A stretch of DNA of 64,000 nt from Myxococcota bacterium (GTDB lineage: Bacteria > Myxococcota_A > UBA796 > CAJQPC01), in assembly GCA_036012755.1 (NCBI GenBank), contig DASCPX010000087.1, forward strand, positions 32,702 through 96,701, given 5' to 3'. Both the position numbers and the translations under genes were made by a program. Numbering within the stretch: the stretch's first letter is position 1; every line of letters starts with the position of its first letter. Shown here one piece after another: positions 29,438-38,493 of this stretch. The notes under the pieces were generated by a model, which was not told the DNA's origin, did not search any database, and saw only the letters and a list, made by a program, of their open reading frames with translations.

Positions 29438-30606
29438 CCAACGACCTGCCAGCCTACGAGCCCTACGACCTGCGCACGCGTGAGCTCCGGGATCACCTCG
29501 AACACGAGCGGCTGATGCTGCTCTTCGGCCCCCGCCGGTTCGGCAAGTCACTCATGCTGGACCGGCTCGCAGAGGGCACCGGCATGAAGAAGGTGCGGGT
29601 CGAGGGGCGTCACGGAGGCGTGCCTCCCCTCCCCGACGAACCGGTCACGATCCTGGTAGACGACATGGACTACCTGGTCGCGGGGTCCGGAGGGGCAGCT
29701 CTGGACTCGCTGATCTCGCAGGTGTTCACGAACCCGAAGCACCGACTGGTCGCCACGAGCGGGACGCCGCGCCGTGAGCTCGCTCGCGACCTGGACTCGA
29801 GCTGTGCTTCCTGCTCGGCGCTGCTGATGAACCACTCCCGCTTCCTCGTGCCCTGGTCCGTGGGCTGGGAGCGCCACATCGACGAGGCCTTCCCCGCAGA
29901 CTGGGGTGGCGCCGTGGCTCGGGTGACCGGTGGCTACCCCGAGCTCGTGAACATCTGTCGGAGCGTGGTGTGGACGGCGGACCGCGAGGGGTTCCAGGAC
30001 GAGGGCGAGCGGGACGCGGCCGTGCTCGCCATGCTGCAGAAGAGGTCACCGGCGATCACCTCCATGGACCGACTGCTCCGGCGACTGGACGAGCACCACC
30101 CCGCGGCCTGGGCCGCACTCCAGCGGACCGTCGAGGGCTCGAAGCGCAGCCCCCACGAGGAGTACGTGTCCGCGTGGGTGGCCCATGGCCTCGCCATCGA
30201 CGGCGGTCTTGGCGATGCCGTCATCGCTCCTGGGGCCTACCTGCGCTGGCGCATCCCGCACTACGAGCCGCTCGAGCGCGAGATCACCGACAACGCCCCC
30301 TTCAGCCTCGTGCCAGAGGGACCTTCATCGGGCAAGGCGGTGATCAGCGGGCCGGGCGGCGACACGCGCACGGTGAAGCTGCGCAAGAAGAAGTGGCAGC
30401 TCGTCCAGGTGCTCCACGAGCACCGGAGCTTCATGTCCGGTGCCCAGCTGCGCGACATCCTGGACCTGGACACGGACGCCGGGCTGCGTTCCCTGGTGGC
30501 GCGCACACGCAAGACCTTCAGCGACCAGCGCGTCGAGGGTGTGATCCTCAACCGCTACGGTGGCGGCTTCGGCCTGGGCGAGCCGCGCCTGCGCCCCAAG
30601 GGCTGA
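29434..30606 (+). CDS. Compact STAND-like P-loop NTPase with C-terminal OmpR-type winged HTH
   Basis: Walker A GPRRFGKS, Walker B ILVDDMD, TGGYPEL; C-terminal VKLRKKKWQLVQVL...LRSLVARTRK..ILNRYGGGF; GTGA overlap with the upstream stop. Confidence 0.75.
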   Translation: MTNDLPAYEPYDLRTRELRDHLEHERLMLLFGPRRFGKSLMLDRLAEGTGMKKVRVEGRHGGVPPLPDEPVTILVDDMDYLVAGSGGAALDSLISQVFTNPKHRLVATSGTPRRELARDLDSSCASCSALLMNHSRFLVPWSVGWERHIDEAFPADWGGAVARVTGGYPELVNICRSVVWTADREGFQDEGERDAAVLAMLQKRSPAITSMDRLLRRLDEHHPAAWAALQRTVEGSKRSPHEEYVSAWVAHGLAIDGGLGDAVIAPGAYLRWRIPHYEPLEREITDNAPFSLVPEGPSSGKAVISGPGGDTRTVKLRKKKWQLVQVLHEHRSFMSGAQLRDILDLDTDAGLRSLVARTRKTFSDQRVEGVILNRYGGGFGLGEPRLRPKG

Positions 30607-30607
30607 G

Positions 30608-31090
30608 TCACCCCGGGGCAGGCAGCAGGACCCACTGCGAGGCCTGCACGGCCAGCCAGACCGGACGCATGGGGTCCTCGCAGAGGGGTGGAGCTTTTGC
30701 GAGCAGGGCCTGGGCGTCCTCGGCGTAGGGAGCGAAGCGCTCCGGGAGGGCCACCACCGCGCGACGAGCGAGGTCGAACTCCAGCGCGTGGGCGTCGGTC
30801 CAACCAAGGAAGCTCAGGGCAGCGGCCACGCTGTCGAGGTTCTCCAGGATTCTCCGGGCGTCGCCTGTCCGTAGGCCGTCGACCAGGGCGCCCGGGTCGA
30901 GGCCGTCTCGGGCATCGGCGACCGTCTCGCCGTGAGCTTCACGCCACGCAACAGCCTCGAGGACCAGCGGGTCGTCGGCTTCAAACCGGGCCAGAAAGCC
31001 AGCGGCTTCCGCGATTCGGAGGGCGTTGTCGCCCTCCGCCAGTGCTACCCCGAGGCAGTCGCGGAGCTCCTCCTGGTCACGGCGAATCAC
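30608..31090 (-). CDS. Hypothetical helical protein
   Basis: GTG at 31090 with AGGAG upstream; Ala/Leu/acidic helical composition; converges on the upstream gene with a 1-bp gap. Confidence 0.65.
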   Translation of the reverse strand: MIRRDQEELRDCLGVALAEGDNALRIAEAAGFLARFEADDPLVLEAVAWREAHGETVADARDGLDPGALVDGLRTGDARRILENLDSVAAALSFLGWTDAHALEFDLARRAVVALPERFAPYAEDAQALLAKAPPLCEDPMRPVWLAVQASQWVLLPAPG

Positions 31091-31245
31091 GGCATCTCCT
31101 GAAACAAGGATATGACGGGCCGCGCGGACCGTGACGTACAGGGGGGGTTCAAGTCGCTCGAATCCTGTGATTACGCAGGGTTGTATCGACAGGTGTCGAG
31201 ATCCGGCCCTCATGACGTCCTGGGAATCCTCACGAAGGAGTCCCA

Positions 31246-32409
31246 GTGCAGCCCCAGAACCCCATCCTCGACTCCCTCCGCGACAACTCCGACCACCTGG
31301 AAGACCTCGCGGACATCTACTTCCCTGACCAGCCGCTGGAGGTGTCCGTGTTCCTTCGCGAGGTCTTCGAGCGCGCTCGGAGGCAGCTGCTGGAGCACTC
31401 AGAGGTCGGCGGCGACCTGGAGGGCGCAGTCCGCGTCACCTTCCTCGGCCAGGGGCTGCTCGTCTATGCCGCCGCCTGTTGCGCCCAGCAGGCGGCCCGC
31501 CGCGACGCGACCGGAGACCGGGGGGACGCGGACCACGACGCCTACCTCGCCCTCGAGAAGCAGGTCAGGGCCGGGAAGACCATGAGCATCCTCGACCACC
31601 CGCGACGCAACCTGTCGGGCTACCTCTCCCGGATCTCCAGGAACGTGCACGGCTGGGCGGCGATGGCGAGACCGGACGAGGTGCAGTGGGACGACAACCA
31701 CCAGGTCGTCGAAGCCGATGTGTGCGACCCGCCGGAGACCGAGGACCGCGACGCCCTGGCCGGCTTCGTCTCGGCCTTCTTCGAGGACCCCGAGCGCCTG
31801 CGCGGCCAGAACCCGGAGCTCTGCCGCGAGATCTGCACGGGGGTTCGCCTGAGCCTGGAGACGTCCTTTCCCACATTCGACGAGGCGCGGGAGGTGTACC
31901 TGAGCCTGCTGTCGCGGGACCCGATCAGCGCACGAGCCATCTCACCCGAGCTCGCCGACGCGGCTCTGGCGACCATCGAGCGCATGGACGCGGCCGCCGA
32001 GCCCTTGTGGGGTCGGCTCTACGACGCTCTCCCACACGCCCACACCTGCAAGGCCACGCGAGGGGCGGTCTGGAAGCGGCAGGTCGGAGTCGCCCGAGCC
32101 TGGCTGGATGGATGGCGTCGTGGTCACGAGCCGACCGCACGCGAGCAGGCCGCCGCGGCCGGTTGGCGCTCACCCAAGACCGTCCACAGGATCAGGACCG
32201 CGCTGGTCCGCGCCGCCGGGTTCCACCCCGAGACCGTGCACGCCATGGCTCGCCAGCTCGCCGTCGAGCGCCGGAGGCCTACAGCACGGTGGCCACGAGC
32301 GAGACCAGCCCTTGATGATCAGCCGGCACGTAGCCCTCGACCGGCTGGGTGTCGTAGGTCATCTTGTAGCTCAGCTTCACGCTCATCGCGGCGGTCAGCT
32401 CGTTCGTGA
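31246..32409 (+). CDS. Putative regulator: sigma2-like region plus LexA-like HTH
   Basis: AAGGAG RBS before GTG; DADHDAYLAL..NLSGYLSRISRN (sigma2-like); GHEPTAREQAAAAGWRSPKTVHRIRTAL (LexA N-terminal wHTH-like). The 3' end overlaps the convergent gene by ~130 nt. Confidence 0.6.
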   Translation: MQPQNPILDSLRDNSDHLEDLADIYFPDQPLEVSVFLREVFERARRQLLEHSEVGGDLEGAVRVTFLGQGLLVYAAACCAQQAARRDATGDRGDADHDAYLALEKQVRAGKTMSILDHPRRNLSGYLSRISRNVHGWAAMARPDEVQWDDNHQVVEADVCDPPETEDRDALAGFVSAFFEDPERLRGQNPELCREICTGVRLSLETSFPTFDEAREVYLSLLSRDPISARAISPELADAALATIERMDAAAEPLWGRLYDALPHAHTCKATRGAVWKRQVGVARAWLDGWRRGHEPTAREQAAAAGWRSPKTVHRIRTALVRAAGFHPETVHAMARQLAVERRRPTARWPRARPALDDQPARSPRPAGCRRSSCSSASRSSRRSARS

Positions 32410-33100
32410 TCGCGGTGTCGCTGATCAAGCGCGTGTCGGTCGGGTCTTCGACGTTGACGAAGACCTCGACATCCTGACCGAAGGCCAGGGTGCTGGTGAG
32501 CACTCGCACGAAGCCCAGGCCGCCGCGGGCGTTGTACTTCATGCCCCGGTTGGGCACGACTCCGTCGGTGTAGTCCTCTCGCGCGGCGTCGACGCCGACC
32601 TCTGCGGAGAGCGACGTGACCGGGTCGTCGTCCGCGGCCTCGTAGAGCAGGAGGTGGCTGTAGCCCAGCTGGCCGTTGAAGCGGCTGTCGTAGCCAGCGT
32701 AGGGGTCGGTGAAGCCGCCGCCGAGCAGATAGAGCGAGTTGCGATCGGTCAAGAAGCGGTCGTAGCGGAGATCGCCCTCCGCCCGCTGGGCGGTCCGGAC
32801 GCGGGAACGGGCTCGCTCGTCCTTGGAGAGCACGCCGTTGCCGTCTTCGTCGATCAGCGCCGATCCAAGGGTGATCTCTCCGGCGCTGGAGAGCTGGTTG
32901 CGGCGCCAACGGTAGGCCGCCGCGTAGCTCGCGGAGAGCTTTCGGCTGTCCGTGTTGCCCGCCGACCAGGCCCCGCCGAACTCCGCCTCGAGATCCTTCT
33001 CAGGCGAATCGACGGGTTCGGCCAGGGGATCCGGCGGCTCCACGAACACGTCGTCTTCAGCGAACGCAACAGCAGCGAGGATCAGCAGGGACGGCGCCAT
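32279..33100 (-). CDS. DUF481/YdiY-family outer-membrane beta-barrel
   Basis: Signal AFA-ED; GAWSAGNTDS, RYDRFLTDR, GYDSRFNGQLGY, KLSYKMTYDTQP. Confidence 0.82.
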   Translation of the reverse strand: MAPSLLILAAVAFAEDDVFVEPPDPLAEPVDSPEKDLEAEFGGAWSAGNTDSRKLSASYAAAYRWRRNQLSSAGEITLGSALIDEDGNGVLSKDERARSRVRTAQRAEGDLRYDRFLTDRNSLYLLGGGFTDPYAGYDSRFNGQLGYSHLLLYEAADDDPVTSLSAEVGVDAAREDYTDGVVPNRGMKYNARGGLGFVRVLTSTLAFGQDVEVFVNVEDPTDTRLISDTAITNELTAAMSVKLSYKMTYDTQPVEGYVPADHQGLVSLVATVL

Positions 33101-33134
33101 CAACACTCGGTGTAATCGAAGAGGGTGCGGGGTC

Positions 33135-33380
33135 TCAAGACCCTTCTGCAGAACATTCGTTCCCGGCGCTGGCGTCCTCTTCCAGGAGGCGGTCGTGCTC
33201 CACCTGGCAGTCGGCCAGTTGCTCGGCGTCCGGGTCGCTGTTCTCGAGCCGGACCCGGTTGCAGTCGTACTCCTCAGCCCGGCACTCACAGATGTAGTCG
33301 GAGTAGTCCTCGCAGGCCCTCTCGGACACGCAGGATGTCGCGAGCCCCAAGAGGCCCAGGACTCCCAGCCATCGCTTCAT
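33135..33380 (-). CDS. Small Cys-rich lipoprotein
   Basis: MKRWLGVLGLLGLATSC, then CEDYSDYICEC; GGAGGAG upstream. Confidence 0.78.
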   Translation of the reverse strand: MKRWLGVLGLLGLATSCVSERACEDYSDYICECRAEEYDCNRVRLENSDPDAEQLADCQVEHDRLLEEDASAGNECSAEGS

Positions 33381-33757
33381 GTGGTCTCCTCCAGGGCACG
33401 ATAGCCGCGGGCCGGCCGTCTCTGGGTAGACCTCCGCGCAGAGCGCTTCGGCACACCGAGGTGCGCGCCCACCGTAGGCCCAGCGCACGGAGGCCTGCCG
33501 AGTGGACCCTGTACAGTCGGGGGCTCACCCGGGAGGCTCGAAGTCATGCGCGCGCTGGCCTGGGGCTTGAAGAAGCCCTCCTCCCGAAGCGTCGCCGAGT
33601 GCTCCAGCTCGAGGGTGCCGCCAGTACCGGCCCTGATGAGGTTGAAGTCCACGTTGAGCTGCCGATACGCTCCAGCGTCGACGACTCCCTCCATGGGCTG
33701 GATGAAGTTGGCCGGAACATCCTGCGCCAACATGAGCTCGAAGACCTGCGATGCCAT
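33377..33757 (-). CDS. Hypothetical protein (C-terminal half possibly degraded)
   Basis: GAGGAG RBS and ATG; the first ~65 aa look natural and beta-rich, the rest is Pro/Arg-rich. Confidence 0.4.
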   Translation of the reverse strand: MASQVFELMLAQDVPANFIQPMEGVVDAGAYRQLNVDFNLIRAGTGGTLELEHSATLREEGFFKPQASARMTSSLPGEPPTVQGPLGRPPCAGPTVGAHLGVPKRSARRSTQRRPARGYRALEETT

Positions 33758-34043
33758 GAGGAACTCCTCGTGTCTGATGTGCCTTCGATCGGTACCGCAA
33801 CAACACCAGGCCGCCAACTCTGGCAAACACGAGTTTGGTCCCCTGGGATCGCGAGCGCGCCGGCTGGGCGGGTGTGGACCCGAAAGGAACTGAAAGACAC
33901 GAAGTCAGCTCTGGTCGCGAACAACGATCCTCCGTCCCCCGAACCGGATCTGCCCGGTTCGTCCGCGGGTCTGTACCACGTCACCGCACCAACACCTCGT
34001 CGTCCAGCGTCCAGAGCACCTTGCCGCACGAGGGACGCTCGCC

Positions 34044-35405
34044 CTACCCCAACACCCCCAGCTCACGAGCCCTCGCCAAGAGCCGCTCGTGGATCTCGGG
34101 GACCTGCTCCTGCCGGCTGGTCTCGGGCATGTTCCTCTCGACCCAGTAGAGCAGCTCGGGCTGGCTGGTGGAGAACCGGTTTCGTCCGTACTGGCAGGCG
34201 TCGGTGACCTCTTCCTCTGGCACGTCGAAGGCAGGGAGCACGATGGGCTGCAGCGCCTCCCCGCTCTCCATGCGGTCGGTGTCGATGCACTCGCCCAGTG
34301 AGTTCGTGCTCAGGAGGCGCTCGTTCCAGAGCGGCAGGTCGAAGCGCTCGCAGACGTACTTCAGGACCGAGGCGTGGTCGAAGACCGTGCTGACGGCGCC
34401 CTGCTTGACCCAGGGACCGACCACCAGTGTCGGCACCCTGAAGCCGAGGCGGTCGAAGCCCTCGGCCGCGAGATCGTCGCCCACGGTCGGAGGCGGCACG
34501 TGATCGTAGAAGCCGCCGTGCTCGTCGTAGGTGATGACCAAGAGCGTGCGCTCCCAGATCGGAGAGCGAGCCAGTGACTCGTAGACCAGCGCGAGGAAGA
34601 TCTGACCGAGGCCCGGGTGGTGGGGTGGGTGGTCGTCGTTGAAGGAAAAACCCGGGTCGACCCAGGAAAAGGAAGGCAGATCACCCGAGCCGACCCGATC
34701 GAGGAAGTCCTCGAACACGCTGACCCGGTCCGGGTCCCAAGCTCCGTCGAAGAGCCCGAGGAAGGGGACGTCGGTGTAGAAGTAGCGCCAGTCCACCCCT
34801 GCCTCGTCCAGCGCCTGGTAGATCGTCTTCTGCGGAAAGGGGGCGTTGCTGATGCTGTTGTTCTGGGCGCCGTTGCTGGAGGCCGAGTGGCCGAAGAGCC
34901 GGTTCGGCCAGGTGGGGCCCATCACCGAGCAGAAGTAGGCATCCGGGACGCAGAAGTGCTGGGCCAGCGCCCAGTGGACCGGCACCTCCTCGTCGTTGTG
35001 GTAGCCCATGACCCACTCGCCCTGGGGCTGGCCGACGTTGCCCTCGTGCTTGAGCACGAAGCCCGAGTTCTCGCCGTCGGCGAACTGGTCGTGGGAGCTG
35101 TTCCAGCCATGGGGCGGGTCGTACTGGCAGTTCTCGCTCAGGTGGAAGACCGGGACGTCGTCTCCAGCGAGGTTCGGGTTCGTCTCGGTGCCGTCGAGGC
35201 CATCGACGTCCATCCCAGCCTCCAGCTTCAGGCCACCGAGGTAGTGGTCGAAGCTGCGGTTCTCCATCATCACGACGATGACGTGGTCGATGCCCGGAGG
35301 CAGCGGCTCGCCGGTGTCCTTGTCCGAGTTGCACGCAGGCAGTGTCGCAGCGGCGATACCCGCGGCGCCCCCAGCGAGGACCGTACGACGCTTGATTCCA
35401 GACAT
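34044..35405 (-). CDS. Tat-exported phospholipase C/acid phosphatase (phosphoesterase family) lipoprotein
   Basis: KRRTVL Tat motif, LPAC; IDHVIVVMMENRSFDHY, GPTWPNR, TYDEHGGFYDHV, LGFRVP. Confidence 0.92.
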   Translation of the reverse strand: MSGIKRRTVLAGGAAGIAAATLPACNSDKDTGEPLPPGIDHVIVVMMENRSFDHYLGGLKLEAGMDVDGLDGTETNPNLAGDDVPVFHLSENCQYDPPHGWNSSHDQFADGENSGFVLKHEGNVGQPQGEWVMGYHNDEEVPVHWALAQHFCVPDAYFCSVMGPTWPNRLFGHSASSNGAQNNSISNAPFPQKTIYQALDEAGVDWRYFYTDVPFLGLFDGAWDPDRVSVFEDFLDRVGSGDLPSFSWVDPGFSFNDDHPPHHPGLGQIFLALVYESLARSPIWERTLLVITYDEHGGFYDHVPPPTVGDDLAAEGFDRLGFRVPTLVVGPWVKQGAVSTVFDHASVLKYVCERFDLPLWNERLLSTNSLGECIDTDRMESGEALQPIVLPAFDVPEEEVTDACQYGRNRFSTSQPELLYWVERNMPETSRQEQVPEIHERLLARARELGVLG

Positions 35406-35450
35406 TGAGGGCCTCCGAAGAGGCCCTCCATAGCACCTGAACAGCTGGCC

Positions 35451-36680
35451 TCAGGTCTCGGAGATGTCAGCCTCTGTGCGGGGGCAGAGCTTCCACTCGC
35501 TGTAGCTGTAGTTGATGACGCCGGTGACGTCGTAGGTCGTGCCGACATCCGGAGCGACGGTGAAGAAGAGGTCGTCGATGTTCAGACCGTCCCAGGAGGT
35601 CTCGAACTCGCCGAACTCACCAGCGGCCGTGACCTCGAGACCCTCGATGGTGACCAGGACGCCCTCGTAGGCCTCCCAGTCGGCAGGGGCGCTCGCCAGG
35701 GTCTCTGCGCTGATCGTGACGCTGTCGCCGCCCCACTCGATGCCCACGTCCTTGAGCTCCGTGAGGTCGTAGTACTCGTCGACCGTGGCGTCGAGCTTGG
35801 CGATGGTGGCGCCCACCGTGACCGTCTCGGAGAAGCCGGGCTCGTAGACATAGATGCCGTTCCAAGCGCCGGCGGCGTCAGCGATCCAGAAGCCCTTGAT
35901 CTCGCCGTCGTAGCTGTAGGTCGGGGTGGTCACGAAGGCGTTCTCGACGGTGATCGTCGAGCCGCTCGCGACCGTTCCGTCCTGGATGTCGGAGATCGTG
36001 ACGATCTCGCCGCCGCCGGAGCCGGCGACGTAGCCCTCGAGATCGGCCGCGTCCCGGGGGTTGAGCTTCCACTCGGAGTAGTTGTAGGCCAGCGGACCGA
36101 TGACGTTCGTCCAGGTGGCGCCTGCCTCTCCGGAGTAGTCGAAGAGCAGGTTGTCGAGCTTCAAGCCGTTGTCGAGCTCGATCTCGCCGTAGCTGTTGAT
36201 GCCGCTGGTGGCCGTAGCGGAGCCGATCGCGATGAGCGTGGACTCCCAGGGCTCGAAGTCGGTGACGCTGCCGACATCGACGCTGTCGACGGTGAGCGTG
36301 CCATTGCCCGTGACCTCGATGGCGGAGTCGTCGGAGACCGACAGCTCGGTCCAGTCGTAGAACTCGGAGACCGAGCCGGTGACCGTGATCTCGTCGCCGG
36401 GCTCGAGGTAGGGGACGCCGGACTGCATGTAGACGAAGATCCCGGACCACTCGCCGCCGCCGGGGCTCTGGATGAAGAAGCCGTCGTCCTCCTGGCTGGC
36501 AGGGCTGGAGACGAGCACGCCGGAGAGCGTCACCGTCTCGCCGTCGGCGATCGTGCCGTCCTGGATGTCGGCGATGGAGGGGCCACCGTCGTTGTTGTTG
36601 CCCGGTCCTTCGCCGGTGTCGTCGTCGCCGCCGCCGGGGCCGAGGTTGCAGCCCATGACCAACAGGGTGATGAGGCTCAT
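35451..36680 (-). CDS. Acidic lipoprotein with two tandem OB-fold-like modules
   Basis: VMGC lipobox; duplicated module IADIQDGT..GFFIQ..WSGIFVY..GSVSEFY..TEL..E..L...YNYSEWKLNPR, resembling accessory domains of extracellular nucleases. Confidence 0.75.
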   Translation of the reverse strand: MSLITLLVMGCNLGPGGGDDDTGEGPGNNNDGGPSIADIQDGTIADGETVTLSGVLVSSPASQEDDGFFIQSPGGGEWSGIFVYMQSGVPYLEPGDEITVTGSVSEFYDWTELSVSDDSAIEVTGNGTLTVDSVDVGSVTDFEPWESTLIAIGSATATSGINSYGEIELDNGLKLDNLLFDYSGEAGATWTNVIGPLAYNYSEWKLNPRDAADLEGYVAGSGGGEIVTISDIQDGTVASGSTITVENAFVTTPTYSYDGEIKGFWIADAAGAWNGIYVYEPGFSETVTVGATIAKLDATVDEYYDLTELKDVGIEWGGDSVTISAETLASAPADWEAYEGVLVTIEGLEVTAAGEFGEFETSWDGLNIDDLFFTVAPDVGTTYDVTGVINYSYSEWKLCPRTEADISET

Positions 36681-36768
36681 CGCATTCTCTCCAGGTGCAC
36701 AGAAGACCCGCAAATACATGCGGCTCCTCGCACCCGCAAGGGAATGCCCGAGAAAGGAGCGTGCCAAC

Positions 36769-37683
36769 ATGGCCACAGGGCAGGCCGCGCTGGAAGTCAA
36801 GGGACTCCGCCGCAGCTTCGGGACCCGCATCGCGGTGAACGATCTCGATCTCCATGTCACCGAGGGCAGCGTCTACGGCTTCCTAGGTCCCAACGGCGCC
36901 GGCAAGACCACGGCGATGCGCTGCATCCTGGGCCTGATCCGCAGCGACGCGGGTGACGTCGCCATCTTCGGGGACACCAACCCGGTCTCCCGGAGACGCC
37001 ACGTGGGCTCGCTGGTCGAGACGCCGCGCTTCTACGACTGGATGAGCGGCCGTCAGAACCTCGACGTCGCAGCCGCCTACGCCAACGCGCCTGTCGACCG
37101 GATCCAGCCAGCGCTGGAGCGGGTCGGCCTGCGCGAACGGGCCGACGACAAGGTCCAGGGCTACTCCCTCGGCATGAAGCAGCGCCTCGGCATTGCGCGG
37201 GCCCTGCTCGCCAAGCCCCGGCTCCTGTTGCTCGACGAGCCCACCAACGGCCTCGACCCGCAGGGCATGAAGGACGTGCGCGAGCTCATCAAGACCCTCG
37301 CCACGGAAGAGGCCATCACGATCTTCATCAGCTCGCATCTGCTGTGGGAGATCCAGGCGGTGGCCACCCGGGTCGGCATCATCGAGAACGGCAAGCTCAT
37401 CGCCGAGGGGGACGTCGCCGAGCTCCTCGCTGGCGGAGACGTGGTCGAGGTCGAGGTCGGCAGCCCTGACATCGACGCCCTGATCGCCGCCGCCGCCGGG
37501 CTCGAGGGTGTCGCACACGTCGGCCCCGGTTCCCACGGCGAGGTCTTCGCGGCAGAGGGCCTCGACGCCGCCGGTCTCAACGCACAGCTCGTCGCCGCGG
37601 GCGTGCGGGTCTCCTCGCTCGAGACCCGAGGGCGCACGCTCGAGGACCTCTTCCTCTCCATCACGAAGGCGGAGATCACCTGA
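36769..37683 (+). CDS. ABC transporter ATP-binding protein (ABC-2/BcrA-like)
   Basis: GPNGAGKTT, YSLGMKQRL, LLLDEPTNGLD, SSH. Confidence 0.95.
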   Translation: MATGQAALEVKGLRRSFGTRIAVNDLDLHVTEGSVYGFLGPNGAGKTTAMRCILGLIRSDAGDVAIFGDTNPVSRRRHVGSLVETPRFYDWMSGRQNLDVAAAYANAPVDRIQPALERVGLRERADDKVQGYSLGMKQRLGIARALLAKPRLLLLDEPTNGLDPQGMKDVRELIKTLATEEAITIFISSHLLWEIQAVATRVGIIENGKLIAEGDVAELLAGGDVVEVEVGSPDIDALIAAAAGLEGVAHVGPGSHGEVFAAEGLDAAGLNAQLVAAGVRVSSLETRGRTLEDLFLSITKAEIT

Positions 37684-38492
37684 TGCCGATGCACCTCCAC
37701 CGCATGGTGGCCGCCGAGCTGAAGAAGATCCTCACGCGGTTCTCGGGCTGGGCTGGGCTGGGGCTGTCGATCACGATCCCCCTGCTCGTCGTCGCAGCGC
37801 TGCTCTGGGTGCGCTCCCAGACCGGCGGCGAGGACGGCATGGTGGTCAACAACAACCCCATCTCCCAGATGGTGGCCTTCGAGGTCTTCACGGTGCTCGA
37901 CTGGGCGCTCTCGGTGAGGAACTTCCTGGTCCTTCCGCTGATGCTGCTCATGATCACGGCCCAGCTCGTCGCCGGGGAGTGGAAGGAGCGAACACTACGC
38001 TCGCTGCTGGTCCGTCCGGTTCCCCGCTGGTCGGTCCTGCTCGCGAAGTTCATCGCGGTCCAGCTCTACTCAGGGGCCTGCCTGCTGCTCACCTGGCTCA
38101 TGGCGTTCGCCCCAGCCATCGCGCTCTTCGATCTCGAGGTGGAGATCGGAGACGTCAGCCTCGGCTACCTCGCCAGCTGGGGCACCGACGCCGGCTTCAT
38201 CGCCATCGGCATCCTTGTCTCGACGCTCTTCCCATCCGTCGTCGGCGTGGTCGTCGGCACCGCGCTTGGCTGGGGCTTCGAGCTGGCCATTCGCGGCGGC
38301 CTGAAGGCAGCCGCCTTCTTCGGCGTCGAGCAAGCCGACTCGATCGGGCCGTGGATGCCCGGCAACGCGCTCGATGCCTGGCAGGGTTTCTCCGGGGGAT
38401 GGGACGAGCGCGCCTTCGGTGGACTGGCGATCCTGATCGCTTTGAGCGCCGTGCTGGCCGTCGTACGCTTCCGGAACACCGACGTACCCTAG
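37683..38492 (+). CDS. ABC-2 type transporter permease
   Basis: About six TM helices, AELKK, GEWKERTLRSLLVRPVPRWSVLLAK, FRNTDV. Confidence 0.9.
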   Translation: MPMHLHRMVAAELKKILTRFSGWAGLGLSITIPLLVVAALLWVRSQTGGEDGMVVNNNPISQMVAFEVFTVLDWALSVRNFLVLPLMLLMITAQLVAGEWKERTLRSLLVRPVPRWSVLLAKFIAVQLYSGACLLLTWLMAFAPAIALFDLEVEIGDVSLGYLASWGTDAGFIAIGILVSTLFPSVVGVVVGTALGWGFELAIRGGLKAAAFFGVEQADSIGPWMPGNALDAWQGFSGGWDERAFGGLAILIALSAVLAVVRFRNTDVP

Positions 38493-38493
38493 G

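Noticed and set aside
33758..34043. Long intergenic region as a possible ncRNA or riboswitch
   Set aside because: No recognisable conserved RNA motif or convincing stem set by eye; an Infernal/Rfam scan would be needed.
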